Origin: Rhina ancylostomus | Lineage: Eukaryota | Length of the DNA: 64,000 nucleotides | Assembly: GCA_030265395.1 (NCBI GenBank) | Contig: JARFYF010000001.1 | Coordinates: forward strand, 34,426,527-34,490,526 | Direction: 5' to 3' | In this document: piece after piece, positions 36,991 through 48,800 of the stretch | Layout: each line of letters starts with the position of its first letter | How positions within the stretch are numbered: position 1 is the first letter of the stretch | The notes under the pieces: generated by a model | Database searches by the model: none | Seen by the model: only the letters and a program-made list of their open reading frames with translations | What the model was told of the DNA's origin: nothing | Translations under genes and position numbers: made by a program

Positions 36991-39900
36991 TAGAAAGGAA
37001 AACATTATTGATCTCCCTTACGTAACAGATGATGGCAAACTGTGAGATGTGACAAATATCTCCAGATGGAAGAAATCAATATTGAAAATAAAAATCACCT
37101 TGATAGTCATTGACTTTGCCCTGCTCTAAGACTGAAGATTGGCTGAACCCAGATTGCAGATTTTGGGGGCGATGTCCACATCAAAAGGTCACACCTCACG
37201 TTGCTCTGCACTGGGAATTAGATAGGAGAATTGTTTCCAGAAAGCTCTGGATAGCTATGGGATCTTGCTAAAAGCCTTGTCCCCTCTCCTCCTCCCTCTC
37301 TCAGTAGTATTTTTCTGTTCTGGGTTGCTTCTACCCAATCTCCTCACATGCCTCATTGCAAACAAAATGGCTAATAATGTACACACATCCGGGTTTGTGC
37401 AGAAATCTAAAGCCTGGAGAAAGGCATTCAGTAAACATCCCCGACTTTTCCCTGTGGGCCTCTGCAACTTGAACCAGCAATGATGTACACTAAACTCCTG
37501 CATTAAAAGCAAAAAGAAATCAACCCAGTTACTGACCAGTGCTGGCAGAGAGAAGAACTGAGTGAGGGGTGAGGGCCTTCTTTGCAAACATGTTTAACCA
37601 CGTGTGTTTAAGCAGCACTGAATGTCAAAATGATAATGCTAAAGTCAAACCGGTATCGTGTAATTAATGATGCCATGATCTGCATTTGTCTGCCAGGAAT
37701 TCAGTGAACATTTACTAATACAATCACCAAAATGGAATCTGGCTCAAAGCATACTCTAGAGTTCAACATAGAGGTCTTTTGAGATTCCAAAAAACTCCTG
37801 CAGCTGCTAAAATAAAGTGTACTACTAAGTCCAGTTTAGTTAAATGGTGTCCCATCTTGNNNNNNNNNNNNNNNNNNNNNNNNNNNNNNNNNNNNNNNNN
37901 NNNNNNNNNNNNNNNNNNNNTGCATTCCTCTTAACGGCTAATTACAGAGCACTATCAACTGAAACATTACAGCAATGGCCTGTGTGTCCTTCCAGCACAG
38001 ATATGGAATAACCAGAAAGATGGAGAAAAATTAAAATTAATTAAAGACCTTATCTGATTTACAGACTGAGGCCCAATGCCTAATAAAATGTTCAGAATAA
38101 TATATCCACAGAACTACACAAGTATGCCCAAGTATACATTGTATCATTCTAATTAAAAAAGTGTCCATGTACAATTCTCTTCAGATTCAGCCGACCTTGA
38201 ATTTTGAAATGCAACAAGAAGTCAACACTATCATCTTTCCTGCCACATGACTGTTTTTAGCATCTGTATCAATCCTTCAGCCTCCGGTTAGTTCACTTCT
38301 GAATTAGCCAATACAGAATGGAAAAAAAAACGGTAAAAGGTGAACAACAAACAATAGATAATTAAATGAAATTGGATTCTTGAAATGCAAACTAGATCTG
38401 TAAATGGACTTTTTTTGCCCCCCAAACACTAATAAGTACAACCTAGAAAGAAAGATCAAAACTAGGACAAAAATAATTCAGAACTCAGGCATATTGCTAA
38501 GCTAAAAGAATGTTTGGATTAATATATGTTTGGTCAGGTACCAACTGAGTATTAGGTGCTATGCTGAAATGTATCTGTCCACCAACGATTGGAGGGTTAT
38601 TTCTAAATGAAAATTACCCATCTGTTTGGACAGGTATAATGAGAACATCACCTTCCTCAATCTAAAATCTACCTGTCAAGGACTGGAACACAGGTTATTC
38701 TTAAAGCAATGTTCTGTTTTATTAAATGGTGTATTCCCAGAGGGGTTTTGCAGCAGACTGGATTTAGCTTCTGAGTAAATAATCTTGTGTAAATGCTACC
38801 AGAGTCGTAACTAAGGATTCAATAAAATTCATCTCCCTTGGATGCAGTTTGATTTGGAAGTGAGTCATGAACCAGAATTGCCTATGGAAACAGCGTGACA
38901 TTAGCTTTGAGCAATAGGAGATGCCAGTGACTTCTGATCACCTTCCTTTGTTATAGCTGTGTGGCTATATGATACATAGTTCAAAGATTGAAGTCCTGAA
39001 CTGAGAGCTGCATTTAAAAAAAATACACCAGATCACATTATGCAAATTATAAGCGATTATAAAGTGTTGGTGAAGATTACTCCAAATGCCACAAATTAGG
39101 AGGTGAGACACTAAATTTCTTGAGATATGATGTCCCTTCATCTCCTGGTGCCTGTTCACTTTTATACAACCAAAAAACAAATATAGGGAGCAATGTATTG
39201 CTCTATGCTGAGTATATGATGTCAGACTGCTGCCTGGGACAAATGGCACAGCAAATTAGAAGAATGCATTTTGGTTTTGGAAATCCAATCCTTGGTGGAC
39301 TAGCCCTGCTGCCGAGGATTATATTCAAAACACTGAAATGAATTTTTGGTAAATAGAATGACAAATTTTGCCGTCGCAATTTCAGGCAAAAAAAACAGCT
39401 GGCAGTCACCAACTCCATTTCATCTTGTCAATAATTGTTGTATTGTGTTCTTGTGGAAATAATAACTTTCCTTTTGCCTTTCAAATATCGACTCACCCAT
39501 GTTTTTTTCCAGCTATTCAGTTTTTATTGTTCATATTTGTCATTTTCTAAATCTTTCAGCAGAAAACTAATGGTGCAGCGTGAGATTGGCTGGGCATGTT
39601 TTCACAGGGCTACCCAAAAATCAATATCCACAGTGTGCCAGTTTTGTTTGTAGTGTAGGAACCAAGGATCTACAGAGATGAATGACTAGACCCACCCCCC
39701 TCCCAACCAGGAACTCTGTCATATCTGAGAGTCANNNNNNNNNNNNNNNNNNNNNNNNNNNNNNNNNNNNNNNNNNNNNNNNNNNNNNNNNNNNNNNNNN
39801 NNNNNNNNNNNNNNNNNNNNNNNNNNNNNNNNNNCTGGAACTCTGTGATATCTGATAGTCATTTTACTCTGTCACTATGGCTATTCAAAAATATACATAT

Positions 39901-42209
39901 TATGATTTATTTTAATGTAATGCCAAATTGCATACAGTAACTAGAATATCACAAAATATCTTGCAGCAGAGCAGCATCTAACAATCATTGAATTGCTTTT
40001 CAAATGTGCTTAAATATGTGATAATTCATACCTCTATTGTGATTAGATTACACCTCCTAATCGGTCTTAGCTTTCTACAAAAGAAATTGTCAATCAAAAT
40101 CTATTTGAAGAGGCTGACTGCATCAGTAACAAAGAAAAGTGCTTATATATTAAAATATATAGAATGGTATGCAATTGTGGTTAGTTTAGTGGGGTTGTCA
40201 ATCAATCAGAATTACAGTGTGACAAGGCATAATCTGTTAATGGTATAAACATAAACTGTATTTGTGTCACTCAACAAATCGTTGAATGGAGACATAAGTC
40301 CAACACAGTAGGGTTCTAAGCTTAAGCAAGCCTCATTTTTCTGTGTACTACATGGCTCTTACTCCTTGCTCTGTCAAATTAGTAATCGATGATGCTTTTG
40401 ATATAGTTATGGTTTCTACCTTTGTCTGTCAATTACTATATCGTGTGATTTTAAAAGCCCTGTAATTGGGAAATGTTTGTGCAACACACACAAAGCATCT
40501 TCCCAGGATAAAATACTTCCCTTGCTAAAGAGCTTCTCAGCTCCTAATTATAGATTCCAAAGTGCAAAGAACTGTGTGACAACAATTGCAGCAGATCAGT
40601 ACAAAAGTTAATGCCTTATAAGTATAACCTACAATGCAGCTCAAAATGGAGTAGAAATCTGTCCTCCATTGCAAATGCTGATGGTGAATATGATAGAAGC
40701 TGTGAGTTCAATGGAAGTAAATTTCAGAAGTAGAGTTTAATGCACAACTGCTATTATATCGCACATTTACAGCAAGTGACTAAACAAATACCTGCCCTGA
40801 TGTGTACCATGGAAGCTCATTAAGCATTTACTAGCAATTTTAGAGCCTCAGTAGTAAACAAACCACCAGCTTTATTCCAACTGGAGGAAACTTTCCTTGG
40901 AAAAATATTTCATAAAACTTCCAAGTAAAATGGAATTGCTCTGTTTAATTCCATACATCCTGCAGGTAAACAGAGATTCATTCATTACTGGGTACCAATG
41001 TTTCAGTGCCCTAATTTTCAGATAATAAAAACCCAGAGGGCTGATTTTAACCTGGGTCATGATAAGGATAGCTGAGTGACAGGGCAGAGAAACCTCCTCA
41101 GAGACTTTGGCTCATAGACTGGGCTATTGTAATTCCTGGATCTCATTTAAATACTGCAACACTGCTTCCTGCCTGAAACAGAAAGGTGTGCAAGGTGCAT
41201 AGGAAAGGTGTACAAGGATAGTGGATAAGAGCATAGGTAGAGGATTAAGTTATATAGCTCCTCAAGCATAAGAAANNNNNNNNNNNNNNNNNNNNNNNNN
41301 NNNNNNNNNNNNNNNNNNNNNNNNNNNNNNNNNNNNNNNNNNNNNNNNNNNNNNNNNNNNNNNNNNNNNNNNNNNAGAGCATAGGTAGAGGATTAAGTTA
41401 TTTAGCTCCTCAAGCATAAGAAAGAAGCAGGATTAGGCCATTCAGTCCCTCGTGCCTGCTTTGCTATTCAATAAGATAATGGCTAATCTTTTACCTCAAT
41501 GCTACTTCCTTTTACTGATCTCACATCCATCAATTTCCTTAAATTCCAACAATCTATCAATCACCATCTTGAATACCCTCAGCAACTGAGTGTCTACAAG
41601 CCTCAAGGGTGAAGAATCCAAAGACTCACTACCCTCTGGGTCAACATATTTCTTCTCACCTCCATCTTGAATGGCTGACAGCTTACTTTGAGACATCCCA
41701 GTCAAAGCTATCATCATTCTTGCATCTACTGTCAAGCCCCATAAGAATTTTGTACTTTGCCATGAGGTCCCCTTTCATTCTTTAAAAATTTACACAGTGC
41801 AAGTCCAACCTACTTAATCTCTCCTTGAAGGACAATTCCCCAATTCCAGATATCAATCTGGTTAACCTCTGCTGTGCTTCCTCTGAAGCAAATATATCCA
41901 CATTTAGACCTTGCTCCAACATTCAATATGATTGTGGCTGATCTTTAATCTAACTCCATGTACTCCCATTATCCCTTAAAATGTGCTTAGTTACCACAAA
42001 TCCAAGATTTATTAATTGGCCTGGTACCACCTGTAAATTTCTGCAGCCCACAGTGAAGTACAATTTTATAATGTTACTCCTGATTCTCCTTGCCCTAGTT
42101 ACCCCAACCAGCAGAAATAGTTTTTCTCTATCTACGCTGTCAATTCTTCTGAACCCTCTGAGGAACTCAATCATATCAACCCTTAAGCTATTTAAATTCA
42201 AGCAAATAA

Positions 42210-42380
42210 CAAAGGACTGCAGATGCCGGAATCTAGATGAAAAACACTATTATGCTAGAGGAACTCAGCAGGCCAGGCAGCATCTGTGGAGCGCAGTCCT
42301 GAAGAAGGGTCCTAACCTGAAACGTTGACCGCCTGCTTTTCTCCACAGATGCTGCCTGGCCTACAGAATTCCTCCAGCAT
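42210..42380 (+). mobile_element. Short Penelope-derived fold-back insertion with candidate TSD
   Basis: Inverted arms at 42252-42291 and 42341-42380; flanked by TCAAGCAAATAA (42198-42209) and TCAAACAAATAA (42380-42391); interrupts a CR1 fragment. Confidence 0.85.
42293..42332 (+). ncRNA. Minimal type I hammerhead ribozyme motif (Penelope pLTR type)
   Basis: GCAGTC-CTGAAGA-AGG(GTCCTAA)CCT-GAAAC-GTT-GACCGC: both core boxes, a 3-bp stem II, a 5/6-bp stem I and a loop-less palindromic stem III. Expression and activity are unknown. Confidence 0.75.
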
Positions 42381-43348
42381 CAAACAAATAAAACCCAAGT
42401 TTCTATAATCACCACTCATAATTTAACCCTTGCTTGTCAAGATATCAAGCTGGTAAATCTACATGGTACTCCATCCAAAACTGGAATATTTTTCCCCCAA
42501 GGTGTGTGTCCAAGTATGTTCATAATACTCTGGGTATGGTCTAACCAGCACTTGAATGGCAGCAGCAAAACTGCTATTCCCTTATGCATCAGGGCTTCTT
42601 GAAGGAAAGCCAATAATCTGTTAACCATTTTAGTATCTTATCAAAGATATAGAGTCCATCTACACAGATTAGAAAAGTGTAGATCTATGTAGATGGAGTC
42701 CATTAATCTTTGCTGCTAACATTTCACCATTTAGGAAATATTGAAGTCTGAAGTGGAAGGTTTTCCCTACATTCAAATCTATTTGCCATTATGCTGCCTA
42801 TTCACTCAACTTACCAGTAGCCCTTTGAAACATCATTTCCAAATACACTACAATAGGCAAATTTGCTTCCAAACATCTATAAATACAGTGAACCTAGCTG
42901 CAGATACATAACAGATCCCACTAGTTCCATCCTACCAATTTGGGTGCCTGCCCATTATTACTTCTCTCTCCTGCTGCTCAGTTAATTGCCTAGCCAGGTC
43001 AATAAATTGCCTTCATATCCATGAGCCTCAACCTTAGCCAACGGCTTCTTATGAGAGATTTTAGTAAGTACCTTCCAGAAGTCCATATAATTAACTTCCA
43101 TGGCACTGCATGCCCATGACCTTACTCAGCTCTCCCAATAAATCCAATCAGGTTTGTCAAGCATGATCTAATTTTCAAGGTGTTCAGTCAATCCACAGTT
43201 AATTGCAGAATCCAGCAATCTCCCAACAGAGGCTTGCTATTCTTCTGAATTCTCTTTCTCACCTTTTGTAAATTGCAAAACAGCTCAAACAATTCTCCAT
43301 TCTGAAAGCATTGTTCCCAAATCAAGAGAATTTTAGTAATTATATTAA

Positions 43349-43635
43349 GGGCAACACGGTAGTGTAGCATTTAGCATTATGCTATTTCAGTGCCAGCAAC
43401 CCAGATTCAATTCTGGTCGTTGCCTGTAAGGAGCTTGTACGTTCTCCCCGTGTCTGCGTGGGTTTCCTCCAGGTGCTCCGGTTTCCTTCCACATTCCAAA
43501 GATGTATGGGTTAGGAGTTGTGGGCATGCTATGTTGGGGTCGGAAGTGTGGCGACACTTGTGGGCTGCCCCCAGAACACTCGACACAAAGGAATGTTTCA
43601 CTGTGTGTTTCGATGTGCGTGTGACTAATAAAGAT
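43349..43635 (+). mobile_element. HE1-like tRNA-derived V-SINE
   Basis: tRNA-like head followed by the V-domain GTTCTCCCCGTGTCTGCGTGGGTTTCCTCCAGGTGCTCCGGTTTCCTTCCACATTCCAAAGA; tail ends in AATAAA. Confidence 0.9.
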
Positions 43636-45191
43636 ACCTTAATCATCTACTTTTAAACTCTGAGACAGAAACACAATCTGGTCCTGGAGATTTACTCTCT
43701 ACATACATTATCTTGTTGTTGACAACTTAGGGCAGGGAGGGAACAAAAGGTGGTGTGGTCCTATCCCAGTTTTATGTTATTTTTCTTGGAATGTCCAAGA
43801 TGCTATCCTCTTCCCCAGCTTACACATGCCAAGCAAATATCCAGCATTTCCATTCTATTATTGTTTACAGCATCAGCATTTTTCCATTTTAAGGGATCCT
43901 TATTGCTCCTAGGTGTCCTTTTTTATTTAATATTATTGCACAAAATGTCTTGTTTTTTTTAAAATGCTCTCTCTTGTAGTGTTATTGGTTTGTCATATTG
44001 TGTTCTGTGTATCTCTTCCAGGCACCAGGTCCTGCTTTATGTGCTTTTTTTAAAAAAAAACAAAATGTTGTTTCTATCCCCTTTGGTCATTCGTGACTTT
44101 TTTAAAAAAAAGATTGCTTCTCTTTTTAGGGTATACACTAGTTCTGCATCACATTAAATTCTCTTTTGAAAACCTCCCATTGCTTTGCTGTGATTTTACT
44201 CATTAATAGATTTGCCCAGATTACTGAGAACAGTCAGTCTCCTCACAAAGAAGTCGGCCTTAGCCATCTACTTTGCATTTCTCTCCTTCCATTGCCACAT
44301 TGAACTTCATTGCATTTTCATCTCTTCATGATAAAAGCTCAGGTGCCATTAGGTTATGAGCTACATCTGGCTCATTACTCAATGCTAACTCTATTATGGT
44401 CAGCTGCCTTGTTGATCTTTGGACACACCACTGCAGAAAACTGTCCTGCATACACTGCAGAAACTTACTAGCTTTTGGATATGAGTAAATTTCCTTATCC
44501 CAATCAGCAAGAAAGTTAATGTAACCATTAAAAATGTCTGATTTCTGCATTTAAGTATTCTGCCATTTCACAGCTGCTACCAGGTAGTCAAGATACACAA
44601 CTCCAAAAAGAAACTGTCTTAATTTCACTCTGCTTGCCACCTCTTATTACATGGTCCTTCATCATGACATGATTTCACCTTTACTCACCAGGGCTATATT
44701 TTCATCTCTTCTGTTTTCTCTATATTATATCATATTTCTCAGTCATTGTACAGAACTGAGGGAATGCCCTCTGATGCCATTATGTAGAGGTGGAGAGGCT
44801 TCCACATGTTAATACTGGTCCTGGATGGGGAAAGTAGTGAAAAACTCTGGGCTGCACTTGGAAGCACTTGAACCTTCGCTCATGGGCTAAAAGGAGCACT
44901 CCATAGAAAGGGTCAATTCAAGCACTCAGCCAGGCCTATTCAATGGCAACTGCCAATGCCTTCCATCTGTTTTGGAACTGTGTGGATCATCTGAGTCTGT
45001 TAGTTAAAAATGGCCTTGTGATATTGAGAACATTATTGAGTTGTGAGTTATGAAAATAAAGCAAGTCCCTGCCTGCCTGGAATAAACACCTGTCATAGGT
45101 GAGCCGAGATGAAGGGGGCTCAGGAATACTCTGGAACTGAGTCTCCACAATCTTCTTACCACATGCACAACATTGATGAAAAGACAGAAAG

Positions 45192-45610
45192 GCAAAATGG
45201 TATTTATATACCACCTTTTGCAACCTCAGGATCCCCTAAATGCTTTATAACCGACCTCTGAAGCGTGGTCACTATTATAATGCAGGCTTACACTGAGCTT
45301 GATTCCACAGCAGCAAAATATAAGTGATCAAATAATCTGCGTCTGTGATATTAATGGAGGGATAAATATTGACTCCCACAGTCTTTGTCAAAATAGCTTC
45401 ATGTGATCTTTTACTCCACCTGAGGGGGCAGTTAGGGAATTAGTTTGAAACATTACCAAAATCTTTGCACTGCCAACAACACAGCACGCTGCATTCCCCG
45501 AGTACTACGCAAGAGTTTAGTTTACATTCTTGCGCTCAGGTCCCTGAAGTAAGTGTCCTAAACCCACAACCTTTTGATTCAGAGGTGAGGTTGCTATCAA
45601 CTGAGTCAGA
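45192..45610 (-). mobile_element. Near full-length Deu-domain SINE (SacSINE1-like)
   Basis: Minus-strand tRNA head TGACTCAGTTGATAGC...GGTTGTGGGTTTAGG and a central CCCTCAGGTGGAGTAAAAGATCACATG block. Confidence 0.75.
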
Positions 45611-45651
45611 GCTTACACAAAGTCTTAGCGTGAGTTTATTTCATTGTTAAT

Positions 45652-45810
45652 ATGGCTTAGTAGTAGTGTTCTCACCTCCAAGTCAGAAAGATCTTGGTTC
45701 AGGCCACATACAACGAAGAGTTAATTCATATTCCAGGCTAAAATTCCATTGCAGCATTGAGTGGTATATTTCTACAGTGCTGAATTGCCTTCTGGTGGCA
45801 TAGTTCAAGG
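45652..45810 (+). mobile_element. 5' part of a related tRNA-derived SINE
   Basis: A-box-like TGGCTTAGTAGTAG and B-box-like GGTTCAGGCC; homologous to the head of the adjacent minus-strand copy. Confidence 0.6.
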
Positions 45811-48800
45811 AACAAGCAGTCATTTTAACTTTTTGACAAAGCATAAAATGGGTAATAGCGGATTGTCTGACTGTTAAAGACTCCACTTAATATTCCTTTG
45901 CACTGAAGTCAGTGGATGATCAATCCAATAACAAATATTTCACATTATTGCCAAAATTTGAAGTGATGCTTATGGAATTTTTTTCTGCCTTGGTCAGTAT
46001 CCTTTTCTCTGCTATTTGTCCCAAATAAAACAAGTGAAATAAACATTAAACTTGTTTAAGACCACTTATAGAACAACAGTTACTGCATTTTATTTCAAGC
46101 TTTAGAATGTTCTCGAGAAACTTATTAAACAGCAGTATGAAGAAAGTCCTCTCCCTACTTAAATTTGTTAAGCTAATTTAAAAGGATTCAGTCTGTATTT
46201 ACTTTGCAGTGTTGGAGATGAAGTTCCTGTCTAGCATTCGAAAAGTTTTTAAATGATTGAGCAAAATAGGTCTTACTTATGAATTAAGGAGAGTCATGTA
46301 GTTATTGTAAAAATAAAACCTTAAGCTGAAATTCAAGTAAAATATAGGAAGCATTGTTTGTAACAGGATTCTATTGCTATTCAAGGCCTGGAATGACCTT
46401 TCGTCACACCAAACTACAGGATTACAATCAATGTCAGGATATTCTATAGCAACAGACAACGTAATTTTAATTCCACTGCATCTTTTTTCCCTATCAAAAT
46501 ACATTTGTATGTCTAAAATTGCTCATGTAAATATCAAAGTAAAACTATATTGAAATAGAAAGTAATTTTATCACTGTCATTAGATTTTTGAGTGAGTTTT
46601 CTTTCAATTTGCTTCCCATTCAGTCACTTAACATTTGATAAAGTACAAACTACACAAGCTCACATCTATTAGCATACCACTCATGGTGTATTACTCAGGT
46701 TTGTTAACTTGCAACCCCTCTCACCCATCCAATCCTTCAGCATTAATACAGCACATCTGGTACAGTGCACCCACTCTGTTGATGACAGTCAGCTAAACTG
46801 AAATAATCATGGCAAATTTTGAAATTTCTAACAAATGCAGTGAGTTTGTTGAATGATTTAATTAAAAAAAAAATCAGGGTTGTAATCACACTGATAAATA
46901 TAATAGAATGGCCCAATGGAAAAGACTTTGCTTTTAATTATAATACTGTAGATTATACAATTACACTTAGTACAAAGCACTAGATCAAACCTTAAAATTT
47001 ACAGTAGATATAAATGCATGCAACATTTAGACAGTAACACCTTTCAGCCATCGGTCAATACTACTTCTTACTGCCACAAATTCCAAAATTTATCAAATAT
47101 CTATAACATTCAGATTTATTATGAACTGAATGAGATTACTGGAAAATAGTGCGGAAAGTTGCAAGGAGTCCATAAAAGAAACACAGAAGCTGTTGTTTAA
47201 GTTTGACTTTTTATAGTTTTGACCTATAACCAAATCAATTTNNNNNNNNNNTAGTAAAAAGAAATGCCATCTTCTTTAATAATAATGTGCTGTCAGTGAC
47301 CGATTGATTGCAATGTGCTCAGTTCAAAATCAGTTCTGAATCTTACTCTGTTTGCTGAGATTTCCCCTGCAACTTTTCACAGTTGATGTAATGCATGCAT
47401 AAATTCTACACAATGGCACTCAAAAAGAATTTCCCCAAACATCTGCAAGCATTCCTGAATCTTCCTTATGTTGAACTCGAAGCGCATGAACAGAGAAGCT
47501 TGTTGCAAGGGCTGGTTTGTTCATGTGCATTCCACTGCTGTAAATAGGATGATGTGGAAATAGCAGGCAAGTCATCTGGTCAATGTTCTGGTTCTCCAGA
47601 GATTGCACACAATGATAAGACTTCACCTTTTGGAACTTTCTGCAATTTTCACGTCAATTGTAGATCATTTAAATTGATAGCACTAGAATACAGTTATTAA
47701 AGCTAATGGTAAAAGGCAAGTATGTGAGAACACATAATGAAAGTTTGCAGCTCAGGAGATGCAGCCGATGACTAAACAGGAATAATCAAGATCTTTTCCA
47801 TCTATTGCAGCTACCAGGAAATAATACTTTTTTTTAAAAAAGAGAAAAGCTTGATTTGCAATCACCTTGAAACAATGCTACATTATGATTCAGTGACAAA
47901 GGTAGTTTGATTGGTTTTGCCCTTCAAAACATGCAAAAATTAATTACGTCAATCTGAAAGAGCAATGAATATACAATCTGATTTTCTATTCACTACTGGA
48001 ATCAGTACAAGTTAACTGAACAATGAATGTTTGTTCCCAGGCTCACATATTGCTCTAAATGTCAGAGCTTTAAATTGATCACTACTGCCATTTTAATCAT
48101 TTCACAGGAAAGTGATACATATAACTGGCACATTATAACACTGTTGATGTGTTCCCCATCCATAGTACTGAGAAGAATGGGTGTAGAAGAAAGTTAATTT
48201 GCTTTTTAAAAATCAGCACTCCTACCACCACCAAAATAGTGAGAATTGAATAATCATGCAATTTCCATTACCAAATCCATCCAAGAACTTTTTGTACTCT
48301 CTCTCTCCAAAGGAAGCAAATTCAAAATCACAAGGTCAGCACAACATTTTTAGAGTAACATTCGTTTCATTTACTTCACTGAAAGTCAAAATAGTCTAGA
48401 ATACCATGATAAATGGAGTCTACAGTCCAATAGTTCCTTCTTTTTAAAAGAACAGCCAAATGATAAACATTAAATGCTTAATGAACATGTCCCAATTTCC
48501 CCAAGGAGAAAGTGAATGATTTCTATAAGCAGTACTTAGAAATAAGGAACTTTACAAAATGATGAAAGAGAAACTGTTTAAAAGTGTGGGGAAGATATAT
48601 AAATGGATAATGCTATGCACTATTTCCTTTCAACATACACCAAATACACCAGAATGGAAATTATACATACTGGGAAATTATAGGTCTCACTAATGTATTT
48701 GCAAACAAGAAGTCTCCAGTCATTGAATCCACTAAAAATTTGGTTAATAATTTAGATCCGTGACAGAGACCAGAGGTGTTTGAAAGGAGTACTAATGACT

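Larger units (their letters stand above)
41415..44720 (-). mobile_element. Cluster of decayed CR1 LINE fragments, interrupted by younger insertions
   Basis: CR1 3' termini at ~41420 and ~41905, RT remnants (YMDFWKVL-like, ~43066-43089) and the endonuclease motif FLQCMQDSFLQWCVQRSTR (~44405-44465). Confidence 0.75.
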
